Origin: Rhodopila sp.
GTDB lineage: Bacteria; Pseudomonadota; Alphaproteobacteria; Acetobacterales; Acetobacteraceae
Direction: 5' to 3'
Assembly (NCBI RefSeq): GCF_035548095.1
Contig: NZ_DASZUV010000032.1
Span: 28,372 to 92,371, forward strand
Length of the DNA stretch: 64,000 nucleotides
Below, one piece after another: positions 51,228-60,392 of this stretch. Position 1 is the stretch's first letter. The number at the start of each line of letters is the position of its first letter. The notes below the pieces were generated by a model. That model did not search any database and had not been told where the DNA came from. It was given only the letters and a program-made list of their open reading frames with translations. The translations under genes and the position numbers were made by a program.

Positions 51228-52432
51228 TGTTCACCAGCCGCGACCGCATCCTGACCACGCATACCGGCAGCCTGCCGCGCTCTGCCGAGCTGACGGAGCT
51301 GTACGCGCGGCGCGCGGCGGGGGAAACGATCGATGAGGCGCGGCTGGACGCGCTGGGCAAGGCGGCGACCCGCCACGTCATCCGGTGCCAGCTCGAATCC
51401 GGCATCGATATCGGCAACAATGGGGAGCAGCAGCGCGAGGCGTTCTTCCTGTACGTGCGCCGCCGCATGACCGGCTTCGGCGGCGCCTGGACCCGCCGGC
51501 CGATGGCCGACACGGTGAAATATCCCGGCTACATGGCCTGGCAGGCGGACCATGAGGGTTCCAGGAAGGTGGTCAGCAACCGCGGCACCCTCCCGGCGGC
51601 AAACGCGGACGTGGCCTATCTGGATCCGGCGCTGGTGCAGGCGGAATGCGATGAGTTCCATGCCGCATTGCGGGACGTGGGCGGAAAAGGCTTCGCCGAG
51701 GCGTTCATGACCGCGCCCTCGCCCGGCATCATCGCCACCGCCATGCGCAACGAGCATTACGACACCGAAGATGCCTACCTGGCCGCGCTCGGCGCCGCCA
51801 TGCGCGTGGAATACGAGGCGATCCACAAGGCCGGCTTCCTGCTGCAGATCGACGCGCCCGACCTGGCGATGGAGCGGCACTGCGCCTTTCAGGACAAGCC
51901 GCTGGGCGCGTTCGTGGACTTCTGCGAGAAGGTGATCGATACGATCAACGCCGCGCTGGTGAACGTGCCGCGCGAGCGGGTGCGGCTGCACGCCTGCTGG
52001 GGCAACTATGAAGGCCCGCATGATTGCGACGTCGATCTTCAGGACGTGCTGCCGCCGATCGCCCGCGCCAAGGTCGGCGGCTGGGTGCTGCCCTTCGCCA
52101 ATCCGCGCCACGCGCATGAATATCGCTGCCTGTCGAACCTGCCGCTGGATGACGGCCAGGTCGTCATCGCCGGCGTGGTCGATCCGCTGACCAATTTCAT
52201 CGAGCATCCCGAGGTGGTGGCCGACCGGATCGAGCGGGTCGCGCACGTGGTTGGCGACCCGTCGCGCGTGCAGGCCGGGACCGATTGCGGCTTCGACACC
52301 TCGGCCGGCCGCGGCCGCGTCGCCGAGGACGTGGTGTGGGCCAAGCTGAAGGCAATGAGCGAGGGCGCGGCAATCGCCTCGAAGCGGCTGGGGATGCAGG
52401 GACAGGACGCGCCGGCTCGCCGGCCGATGTGA
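51227..52432 (+). CDS. Cobalamin-independent methionine synthase II-like (MetE C-terminal/epoxyalkane:CoM transferase family)
   Basis: TTHTGSLPR, LQIDAPDL, LHACWGN (HxC), GTDCGF Zn ligands. Confidence 0.88.
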   Translation: MFTSRDRILTTHTGSLPRSAELTELYARRAAGETIDEARLDALGKAATRHVIRCQLESGIDIGNNGEQQREAFFLYVRRRMTGFGGAWTRRPMADTVKYPGYMAWQADHEGSRKVVSNRGTLPAANADVAYLDPALVQAECDEFHAALRDVGGKGFAEAFMTAPSPGIIATAMRNEHYDTEDAYLAALGAAMRVEYEAIHKAGFLLQIDAPDLAMERHCAFQDKPLGAFVDFCEKVIDTINAALVNVPRERVRLHACWGNYEGPHDCDVDLQDVLPPIARAKVGGWVLPFANPRHAHEYRCLSNLPLDDGQVVIAGVVDPLTNFIEHPEVVADRIERVAHVVGDPSRVQAGTDCGFDTSAGRGRVAEDVVWAKLKAMSEGAAIASKRLGMQGQDAPARRPM

Positions 52433-52673
52433 ACGAGGCGGCCAAGCTCCAGGCCGGAGGCCCGCGTCGCGGCGTCGCGCGGGTGACCGGCGGTGAGAAT
52501 CTGCGCATTGGGGCCGTTTCCCGCGCTGACCGTCTCGATTCCTGCCGTCCGGCACGACGGCTGCCTCATCGCGGGCCCCGTGGCGTGGCGCCCCCGCGGC
52601 GGGCCCGCCCGCTACGGCGGCAAGGAGCGGCGGAACGCTCCGCGTCAAGGCCGCGTGGCATCAATCCGTGGCA

Positions 52674-53168
52674 TCAATCCGCGGCTCGGCCGGCCCTTGC
52701 CGCCTCGATCCTGGCGATATCGATCCGGCGCATGGTCATCATCGCCTGCATGACCCGTTTGGCGGCGGCCGGGTCGGGGTCCTTCATCCCGGCCCACAGG
52801 GCGCGTGGCACGATCTGCCAGGAAAAGCCCCAGCGGTCCTTGCACCAGCTGCATTCGCTCTCCGTGCCGCCATTCCCCACGATCGCGTCCCAGTAGCGGT
52901 CGGTCTCCGCCTGGTCGTCGGTCATGACCTGGAAGCTGACAGCCTCGTTCGGCTTGCGTCCGGGGCCGGCGTTCAAGCCGATGAAGGCCCGGCCGAGCAG
53001 GGTGAATTCGACGGTGAGCTCGCTGCCCTGGGTGCCCCCGGGGTAGTCGGACGGCGATGACAGCACATGTCCGACATGGCTGTCGGGGAAGGTGGCGGCG
53101 TAGAATTCCGCGGCCTTGCGGGCCTCGCCGTGGTCGAACCAGAGGCAGGTGACGATTTTGGCGGTCAT
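52674..53168 (-). CDS. VOC/PhnB-like (3-dmu-9 3-methyltransferase family) protein
   Basis: [30 protein letters not shown]. Confidence 0.9.
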   Translation of the reverse strand: MTAKIVTCLWFDHGEARKAAEFYAATFPDSHVGHVLSSPSDYPGGTQGSELTVEFTLLGRAFIGLNAGPGRKPNEAVSFQVMTDDQAETDRYWDAIVGNGGTESECSWCKDRWGFSWQIVPRALWAGMKDPDPAAAKRVMQAMMTMRRIDIARIEAARAGRAAD

Positions 53169-53296
53169 CGGGTGTTCCTTCCTTGCGTTGTCGCCGGCGC
53201 AGCCCGAGCGGCTTCGCCCGCCAGATCGGCGTTTCCCCCGATCGGATCAGCCAGATCCGGTCGGGGAAGCGGGCAATCACCGGCGACGCAGCCCTG

Positions 53297-53387
53297 CGCT
53301 TCGGCGGTTGGCGGGCGTGAATCGCGCCTCTTGAAGCAAAGAGGTGATGAAGCCTGACAGCATCAGGTTGACCCTGTCATGCTTCAA
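53297..53387 (-). repeat. MITE/REP-like element, near-full degenerate copy
   Basis: Reverse complement aligns by eye with 58268..58372; its end overlaps the MFS stop codon. Confidence 0.75.
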
Positions 53388-55072
53388 TGCCCGTCCTTGC
53401 TGACCCGGACCAGGTGCCGCACCATCGGCTTGCCCTGGATCTGAAACCGCATCGCCTTCGCGCGCAGTTGCAGCTCCAGCAGCGTCTTCCGCTCCCGCTG
53501 GCGAAGATAGTCCAGCCAGGAGCTGGTGTGGTATGTCTCGATGAACACGCCGGAATCGGTTGCGTCCTCGTAGACTTCCCAGTGGTAGACATCGTTGCGC
53601 AACAGCTCCGCGCTGATCTTCCGCAGCGTGTCCAGGAATGCCTCGCGGTCACCGGGCCGGATGCGGTATTCGATCATCACCTGCACCGGCCCGCTGTCCT
53701 GCCGCACATCGGCGGCCAGAACCGGCGCGGGCCAGTGCATGGACGGCGTGAAATCCATTCCTTCGGCGATCCGCAGCTTGCTGCGCGACAGCAGCGGGAT
53801 CGCCAGCAGCAGGCCCGCCGCCGCCGCAAGCAGGGTCTCGGGCGAGCCGATCCATGAGGCGACCTGGCCCCAGGCGACGCTGCCGATGGTCAGGCTGCCG
53901 AACATCACCTTGGCGAAGACGCCCAGGCTGCGGCCGCGCACCCATCCGGGCACCGCGGCCTGCGCGGCCACGTTGGTGGTCGCCAGCACCACGATCCAGC
54001 ACAGCCCGGCCAGCAGGCTGGCGGCCAGCGCCGTCGGGACGTCGTGCGCGACGGCGTACAGAGCCATTGCGGCCGCCGTCCCGACGGTGCCGGCCAGCAC
54101 CAGCCGGTCGGCGCCGAGGCGCGTGCGCAGCCAGGGCAGCAGGAACGTTCCGGCCACCGCGCCGCCGCCGATCGCCGCCAGCAGAATGCCATAGCCCTGG
54201 AACCCGCCGCCGATCTGCGTGCGCGACAGCGCCGGCAGCAAGGCCCAATAGGCGGCGGCGAACGGGAAGAACCCGAAGCCGCGGATCAGCGCCGCGCGCA
54301 ACCCCTGATTATAGCGGGCATGCCGCAGGCCGGCGATCATCGCGCGTCCGATATGTTCGGCCGGCAGCGCGGAGGTGCCGGTCCGTTCGACGCGCCACAG
54401 CAGCACCGCCATCATCATCAGCACGTTGCTGACGGCATTCATCCAGAACGGCGCGGCCATGCCGAACGTGGCGATCACGACGCCGATCACCGCCGGCCCG
54501 ATGACCCGGCTGAGGCTGACGCCGAAACTGTTCAGCGCGACCGCCGACGCCAGCTCACCGTCGCCGACCAGTTGCGGCAGCACGGCCTGCCAGGTCGGCA
54601 GGATCAAGGCCACCGAGGTCCCGGTCACGAAGGTAAGGGCCAGCAACGTCGCCGGTGTCGCCCTGCCGGAGGAGACCAGCATGGCGAAGCCCAGGATGAC
54701 CGGCGTGGTGAGAAGCTGGGCGACCAGCAGAAGCCGCCGCCGGTCGACGATATCGGCCAGGGCGCCGGCGGGAAAGCCGAACAGGAAGACCGGCAGGGCC
54801 ATGGCCGCCTGGATCATCGCGATCATCAGCGGATCGTGGCTGAGCTCTGTCATCAGCCAGCCGGACGCGGCGTTCTGCATCCAGGTGCCCATGCTGGACG
54901 CCACCATCGCCGTCCACAGCACGGTGAAGACGGCGTGGCGGAACGGGCTCCAGGGCGGGACCGGCGGCGGCGGTCCGAGCGCTTCGGAGCGGGCAGGATG
55001 GTCCGCGTCCCAGCGGGCCTGCGGCCGGTGGGATGTCACAGCCTCGGCCTGGATGTTCGGCAAGGGCGACAT
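53384..55072 (-). CDS. MFS_3 transporter with C-terminal soluble domain
   Basis: SPFRHAVFTVLW, GALADIVDRRRLL, C-terminal GPVQVMIEYRI..FIETY; start uncertain. Confidence 0.88.
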   Translation of the reverse strand: MSPLPNIQAEAVTSHRPQARWDADHPARSEALGPPPPVPPWSPFRHAVFTVLWTAMVASSMGTWMQNAASGWLMTELSHDPLMIAMIQAAMALPVFLFGFPAGALADIVDRRRLLLVAQLLTTPVILGFAMLVSSGRATPATLLALTFVTGTSVALILPTWQAVLPQLVGDGELASAVALNSFGVSLSRVIGPAVIGVVIATFGMAAPFWMNAVSNVLMMMAVLLWRVERTGTSALPAEHIGRAMIAGLRHARYNQGLRAALIRGFGFFPFAAAYWALLPALSRTQIGGGFQGYGILLAAIGGGAVAGTFLLPWLRTRLGADRLVLAGTVGTAAAMALYAVAHDVPTALAASLLAGLCWIVVLATTNVAAQAAVPGWVRGRSLGVFAKVMFGSLTIGSVAWGQVASWIGSPETLLAAAAGLLLAIPLLSRSKLRIAEGMDFTPSMHWPAPVLAADVRQDSGPVQVMIEYRIRPGDREAFLDTLRKISAELLRNDVYHWEVYEDATDSGVFIETYHTSSWLDYLRQRERKTLLELQLRAKAMRFQIQGKPMVRHLVRVSKDGH

Positions 55073-55301
55073 GTACAGCGTCGATCGTGGATTAGCGTCA
55101 TCGATAAGGGGCGGCGGCGCCCCGTGGCAAGACGGGCATCCGCGAACGCATGAGCGGGACGCCGTGCCCGGCGTGCCGGCCGGGATGCCGCCCGGAATGT
55201 AACAGGGGTGCGAATTGGGGGGCGATGGGGGGTGCGGTGCGGACGCGACGCCGGATGCCGTGCGCTGCCGCTGGCCAAGACCCTCTGGAAAACAGGCGGT
55301 T

Positions 55302-55361
55302 GGGGGATGACAGGCGGGGGGATGACAGACGGGGGGATGACGGGCGGGGGGATGACGGCGC
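55302..55361. repeat. 15-bp G-tract tandem repeat x4
   Basis: GGGGGATGAC(A/G)G(G/A)CG units. Confidence 0.9.
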
Positions 55362-55414
55362 TGGCCAATACCCGCGACTGCAGGCAAACTACCGGCGGGT
55401 AGAAAGGGTCCAAG

Positions 55415-56599
55415 ATGGCAGAACGAACCTTGCGCGGCAAAACGGCGATCGCCGGCATCGGCGAGACGACGTACTACAAGCACAGCCAGTCCCCCGACAG
55501 CGAGTTCAAGCTGGCCCTGCAGGCAGTGGTGAAAGCCTGCGAGGATGCCGGGATCAGCCCGCATGACGTCGATGGCTTTGCCTCCTACGGCAATGACCGG
55601 TCCGAGGCCGGGCGGCTGGCGGCGGCGCTGGGCGTGAAGGAGTTCCGCTTCTCCAACATGTTCTGGGGCGGCGGCGGCGGCGGCGTCTGCGGCGCGGTCG
55701 GCAATGCGGCGGCGGCGGTGGCCACCGGCATGGCGGATTGCGTGGTGGCCTTCCGCTCCCTGGCGCAGGGCCAGTACCAGCGCTACGGCCGCTCCGCCGG
55801 CGCGCCGATCGCGGCGGGCGATGATTCGTTCCTGTTCCCCTATGGCATGATGTCCCCGGCGCAGCGCTTCGCCATGAAGGTGACGCGCTTCATGCACGAT
55901 CACGGCATCCGGCAGGAGGCGCTGCGCGGCATCTCCCTGGCCTGCTATCACCACGCGCAGAAGAACCCCAACGCGGTGATGCGCGGCCGCCCGCTGGATG
56001 AGCAGAGATACGACGATTCGCGCTGGATCATCGAGCCGTTCTTCCACCTGTACGACTGCTGCCAGGAAAACGACGGCGCCGCGGCGGTGATCGTGGTGTC
56101 GGCGGAGCGTGCGAGGCAGATGAAGAACAAGCCGGCTTACATCATGGCCTGCGGCCAGGGCTGCGACCATCGCAGCGCGGCGCCGGTGCACAACATGCCG
56201 AACTACCCCAGCTCCCATTTCAGCCAGATCGCGCCGCGCATGTACGCGATGGCCAAGATGGGGCCGCGGGATATGGGCATCGTGCAGTGCTATGAGAATT
56301 TCACCGGCGGCGTGCTCATGAGCCTGGTGGAGCACGGGCTGGTGAAGGCCGAGGAAGCCAATGAGTTCCTGGTGAAGGAGAACCTGATCGTGGAGGGCGG
56401 CAGGATGCCGCTGAACACCTCGGGCGGGAACCTGGCCGAGTGCTACATGCACGGGCTGGAGCTGGTGATCGAGGCGGTGCGCCAGATCCGCGGCACCGCG
56501 ATCAACCAGGTCAAGCAGAACGACGCGGCGATCGTCATCGGCGGGCCGATGGTCACGCCGGTCAGTTCCCTCATCCTCGGTTCGGAGGCCACGCTATGA
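55415..56599 (+). CDS. Thiolase-like protein (Ltp2/lipid-transfer type)
   Basis: TAIAGIGET, DCCQENDGAAA, CYENFT, NTSGGNLAECYMHG..EAVRQIRG. Confidence 0.9.
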   Translation: MAERTLRGKTAIAGIGETTYYKHSQSPDSEFKLALQAVVKACEDAGISPHDVDGFASYGNDRSEAGRLAAALGVKEFRFSNMFWGGGGGGVCGAVGNAAAAVATGMADCVVAFRSLAQGQYQRYGRSAGAPIAAGDDSFLFPYGMMSPAQRFAMKVTRFMHDHGIRQEALRGISLACYHHAQKNPNAVMRGRPLDEQRYDDSRWIIEPFFHLYDCCQENDGAAAVIVVSAERARQMKNKPAYIMACGQGCDHRSAAPVHNMPNYPSSHFSQIAPRMYAMAKMGPRDMGIVQCYENFTGGVLMSLVEHGLVKAEEANEFLVKENLIVEGGRMPLNTSGGNLAECYMHGLELVIEAVRQIRGTAINQVKQNDAAIVIGGPMVTPVSSLILGSEATL

Positions 56600-57036
56600 G
56601 CGGTACCTATCTTCCCGCGGGCCTGCCGGTTCCCGGCACCGGTCCCGACGGCCTGGCGGAGCCCTATTGGGAGGGCACGCGCGAGGGCAAGCTGCGCATC
56701 CAGAAGTGCAACGGGTGCGGATCGTGGCAGTGGGGGCCGGAATGGATCTGCCACCGCTGCCATTCCTTCGACCTGTCCTGGCAGGAGATCAAGGGCAGGG
56801 GCCGCATCTACAGCTATGAACGGCCGCACCATCCGGTGCACCCGGCGTTGAACGGTCACGGCCCCTACATCATCGTGCTGGTGGAACTGCCGGAATACGG
56901 CAATGTCCGCATGGTGGGGAACCTGCTGGGCGACCCGAAGCAGGCGGTGCCGATCGGCGCGGCGGTGGAGGCGGTGTTCGAACCGCATGACGACGCCAAG
57001 CCGCCGTTCACCCTGGTGCAATGGACGTTGGCGTAG
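56596..57036 (+). CDS. DUF35 Zn-ribbon/OB-fold protein
   Basis: PYWEGTREGKLRIQKCNGC..ICHRC, GRGRIYSY; ATGA overlap with the upstream gene. Confidence 0.92.
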   Translation: MSGTYLPAGLPVPGTGPDGLAEPYWEGTREGKLRIQKCNGCGSWQWGPEWICHRCHSFDLSWQEIKGRGRIYSYERPHHPVHPALNGHGPYIIVLVELPEYGNVRMVGNLLGDPKQAVPIGAAVEAVFEPHDDAKPPFTLVQWTLA

Positions 57037-57070
57037 CGCGACCCCGCGCCACACCGGTCCGCATCCTGCG

Positions 57071-57097
57071 TCTCCGCCGGCCACGCGCCGGCGGAGA
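57071..57097 (+). terminator. Hairpin after the thiolase-DUF35 operon
   Basis: TCTCCGCCGG / CCGGCGGAGA inverted repeat. Confidence 0.55.
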
Positions 57098-57106
57098 CCG
57101 TGCAGG

Positions 57107-57193
57107 GCCAACCACATGGACCTCTACGACGGCCGGCCGCGGGTGCATGAAGCGGTTTCGGTCCTGACCGCGTTCTTCAAGCGCACTCTTTGA
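57107..57193 (+). pseudogene. C-terminal remnant of an alpha/beta hydrolase paralog
   Basis: ANHMDLYDGRPRVHEAVSVLTAFFKRTL* resembles the C-terminus of the next gene (SHYDLYD..AVPFFRTHL). Confidence 0.55.
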
Positions 57194-57313
57194 AACCGAA
57201 ATGGCTTGAAACCGAAATGGAGCTGCGAAACTGAAACGGCCCTGACTCGCCGGTCTCCGGCATTTCCTGCGCGCGGCGCATGCCGAGCGCGTCCAGACGG
57301 AGGTAACGACACC

Positions 57314-58252
57314 ATGCAGACGATCAGCATCCGGAATCCGGACATGGCCTGGCCGATCGCGGCGGATATCCGCTTCCCGCCGGGCTTCGACGCGGGCCGG
57401 CCATACCCCGCGATCGTCAGTGTCCACCCGATCGGAAGTTGCAAGGACCAGACCTCCGGCGCCGTCTACGGAGAAGGGCTGGCGAAGGCGGGTTTCGTGG
57501 TCGTCGCCTTCGACGCCTCCTTCCAGGGCGCGAGTGGCGGCCAGCCCCGCCTGGTCGAGAACCCGGCGCAGCGCGTCGCCGATATCAGCCATGTGATCGA
57601 TCATCTGGTCACGCTGCCCTACGTGGATGCGGACCGGATCGGCGTCATCGGGATCTGCGGCGGCGGTGCCTACGCGATCTGCGCGACCAAGACCGATCGC
57701 CGCATCAAGGCGGTGACCAGCATCACCGGCGTAAATTTCGGCCGCCTGATGCGTGAAGGGTTCAGCGGCTACGATCCGCTCGGCGCGCTGGACGCGATGG
57801 CGCAACAACGCACGGCGGAAATGCGGGGCGGGGCGCCGCGGGTGGATAACCTGCTGCCGCCGTCCCCCGAGGAAGCCCGCAAGCGCGGCCAGACGGAACG
57901 CGATATCTACGAGGCCACGGAATATTATCGGACGCCGCGTGGAGAGGCGGCCGGCGGGGCAACGAGCATGCTGTACTCGCATGCCGCGGCGGCACTGGCC
58001 TGGGATGCCTTCGCCTTCGCGGAAGTGCTGCTCGATCGCCCGTTGCTGGTGGTGGTCGGTGAGAAGGTGGGTGCGTTCGGCGCCTATCGGGACGGCATGG
58101 AGATCTATGGCCGCGCACGGTCCCGGCAAAAGGAGCTGCTGGTCCTGCCCGACTGGTCACACTACGACCTGTACGACAAGCCGGAGCCGGTCGCGCAGGC
58201 AATGGCGAAGGCCGTGCCGTTCTTCCGGACGCATTTGGGGGCGGGCGGCTGA
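57314..58252 (+). CDS. Alpha/beta hydrolase (YcjY-like)
   Basis: VHPIGSCKDQT, FDASFQGASGG, GICGGG (Cys nucleophile), SHYDLYD. Confidence 0.9.
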   Translation: MQTISIRNPDMAWPIAADIRFPPGFDAGRPYPAIVSVHPIGSCKDQTSGAVYGEGLAKAGFVVVAFDASFQGASGGQPRLVENPAQRVADISHVIDHLVTLPYVDADRIGVIGICGGGAYAICATKTDRRIKAVTSITGVNFGRLMREGFSGYDPLGALDAMAQQRTAEMRGGAPRVDNLLPPSPEEARKRGQTERDIYEATEYYRTPRGEAAGGATSMLYSHAAAALAWDAFAFAEVLLDRPLLVVVGEKVGAFGAYRDGMEIYGRARSRQKELLVLPDWSHYDLYDKPEPVAQAMAKAVPFFRTHLGAGG

Positions 58253-58267
58253 AGCCGGCGCGGCGTA

Positions 58268-58372
58268 CCGAAGCGTGACAGGGTCAGGTTGATCCTGTCA
58301 TGCTCTATCAATTCTTTGATTCAGGGGCGCGATTCACGCCTCCGACCGCCGGCATCGGGCGATCGCGTTCTA
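58268..58372 (+). mobile_element. MITE/REP-like element, full copy
   Basis: GAAGCGTGACAGGGTCAGGTTGATCCTGTCATGC..GGCGATCGCGTTCTA; supplies the csaA TAG stop. Confidence 0.75.
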
Positions 58373-58702
58373 AAACAGCTTTCCGCCGTTCGGCACCACC
58401 AGGTCCGGCTTGACCAGCACCACCGCCCCGTCCGCATCCGGCATGCCCAGGGTCAGCACCTCGCTGATGAACGGGCCGATCTGGCGGGGCGGGAAGTTCA
58501 CCACCGCGCAGACCTGCCGGCCGATCAGCCGGTCCGGGCTGTAATGCGTGGTGATCTGGGCGCTGGACTTCCTCAACCCGATCTCCTCCCCGAAATCGAT
58601 GACCAGCTTGATCGACGGCTTCCGTGCCTCGGGGAAAGGCTGGGCGTCGACGACGGTGCCGACACGGATGTCCACGGCTTCGAAGTCGGCATAGGTGATC
58701 AT
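58370..58702 (-). CDS. csaA: tRNA-binding/export chaperone CsaA
   Basis: DFEAVDIRVGTV, KSSAQIT, VVNFPPRQIGPFISEVLTLG. Confidence 0.95.
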   Translation of the reverse strand: MITYADFEAVDIRVGTVVDAQPFPEARKPSIKLVIDFGEEIGLRKSSAQITTHYSPDRLIGRQVCAVVNFPPRQIGPFISEVLTLGMPDADGAVVLVKPDLVVPNGGKLF

Positions 58703-58763
58703 CGGGTTTCCTCCTGCCGGTCCGGCGGATAGTGTAGCGATCCCATCAAGCCCGAGGTCCGCC

Positions 58764-60362
58764 GTGCGCGATTTCCACTTCCCCGGCCGCAGCCCCGTTT
58801 ATGCCACGCACGGCATGGCGGCAACGTCGATGCCGGCCGCCACCCTGGCGGCGCTGGACGTGCTGCGGGCCGGCGGCAACGCGCTGGACGCCGCGGTGGC
58901 GGCGGTCGCCGTGCAATGCGTGATCGAGCCGCAATCGACCGGCATCGGCGGCGACTGCTTCTGCCTTTATGCCCCGGCGGGCACCGGCAAGGTGATCGCG
59001 CTGAACGGGTCGGGCCGGGCACCGGCGGCGGCGTCGATCGACTGGTTCGAAAGCCGCCAGATTCGGGAGCTGGAGAACACCTCGGCGCACGCGGTGACGG
59101 TGCCTGGCGCCGTCAGCGCGTGGGAGGCGCTGCTGGCCGCGCATGGCACCAAGGGTCTGGACGAGTTGTTGCAACCGGCGATCCGTTACGCCGCCGAGGG
59201 CTGGCCGGTACATTCCAAGGTCGCCTGGGACTGGTCGCGGCTGGTCGACAAGCTGCGCAAGGGCGGCTCCGATCCGTTCCTGCCGGGCGGCGAGGCGCCA
59301 AGGGAAGGCGATGTGTTCGTGCAGCCGGCGCTGGCCGAGACGTTGCGGGCCATCGCCAGGCATGGCGCCAAGGCGTTCTACGAGGGTCCGATCGCCGCCG
59401 ACATGATCGCCACATTGCGCGAACGCGGCGGCCTGCACACCGAGGAGGACTTCGCGCGCGGCCTGCGCAATGCCGAATTCGTCGAGCCCATCACGCTGAA
59501 CTGGAAGGGCTACGACGTCTACCAGTGCCCGCCGAACGGCCAGGGCCTGCTTGTGCTGATGATGCTGGGCATGCTGGGCGGTCTGCCCTCTGCCCCCGAC
59601 GGTCCCGCCGGCGCGATCCGCGCGCACCGCCATATCGAAGCCGCTCGGCTGGCCTATCGCGACCGGGATGCGTTCCTGGCCGATCCGGGCGCGGCCGATG
59701 TGCCGGTGAAGACGCTGCTGAGCGAGGCGTACCTGTCCGCCCAGCGGGCGCTGATCGATGACGGCCGGGCGATGGCAGAGCTGCCGGCGGCGGGCGAATC
59801 GATCCTGCCGCCGCACAAGGACACGGTCTATCTGTGCGTCGTCGACAAGGACGGCAACGCGTGCAGCTTCATCAACTCGCTGTTCGAGGGGTTCGGCAGC
59901 GGCATCCTCGCCCACCGCTCCGGCGTCATGCTGCACAATCGCGGCTTCGGCTTCCGGCTGGAACGCGGGCATCCGAACTGCATCGCCGGCGGCAAGCGGC
60001 CGATGCACACGATCATCCCGGGCATGGTGATGAAGGACGGCCGCGCGGTGATGCCGTTCGGGGTGATGGGCGGCCATTACCAGCCGATGGGGCAGTCCTG
60101 GTTCCTGACCAATTTCCTGGAATACGGGCTGGATATCCAGCAGGCGATCGATCAGCCGCGGCTGTTTCCGCTGAAGGGCAAGGTGCAGGTGGAACGCGGC
60201 ATCCCGTTCGAGGTGGTGGAAAGGCTGCGGGCCCTGGGCCATCAGCCGGAGCCGGTGGAGCGGCCGCATGGCGGCGGGCAGGCGATCTGGATCGACCACG
60301 ACCGCGGCGTGCTGACGGCGGGGTCGGAGCCGCGCAAGGACGGCCTGGCCCTGGGCTACTGA
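58764..60362 (+). CDS. ggt: Gamma-glutamyltransferase-family Ntn hydrolase, cytoplasmic
   Basis: GGNALDAAVA, GIGGDCF, DTVY nucleophile, KRPMHTIIPG, GVMGGHYQPMG; no signal peptide; GTG start. Confidence 0.9.
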   Translation: MRDFHFPGRSPVYATHGMAATSMPAATLAALDVLRAGGNALDAAVAAVAVQCVIEPQSTGIGGDCFCLYAPAGTGKVIALNGSGRAPAAASIDWFESRQIRELENTSAHAVTVPGAVSAWEALLAAHGTKGLDELLQPAIRYAAEGWPVHSKVAWDWSRLVDKLRKGGSDPFLPGGEAPREGDVFVQPALAETLRAIARHGAKAFYEGPIAADMIATLRERGGLHTEEDFARGLRNAEFVEPITLNWKGYDVYQCPPNGQGLLVLMMLGMLGGLPSAPDGPAGAIRAHRHIEAARLAYRDRDAFLADPGAADVPVKTLLSEAYLSAQRALIDDGRAMAELPAAGESILPPHKDTVYLCVVDKDGNACSFINSLFEGFGSGILAHRSGVMLHNRGFGFRLERGHPNCIAGGKRPMHTIIPGMVMKDGRAVMPFGVMGGHYQPMGQSWFLTNFLEYGLDIQQAIDQPRLFPLKGKVQVERGIPFEVVERLRALGHQPEPVERPHGGGQAIWIDHDRGVLTAGSEPRKDGLALGY

Positions 60363-60392
60363 CCCGGTTCGACGACAGACGGGAAACGGACG

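Noticed and set aside
50223-52432. Complete coenzyme M/alkene-oxidation cluster
   Set aside because: No monooxygenase, ComA-like, lyase or CoM-oxidoreductase genes nearby; kept only as a weak analogy.
53384-56452. 1022-aa ORF as a fusion protein
   Set aside because: Its N-terminal ~460 aa are antisense to the thiolase-like gene and the repeat region; only the MFS part is real.
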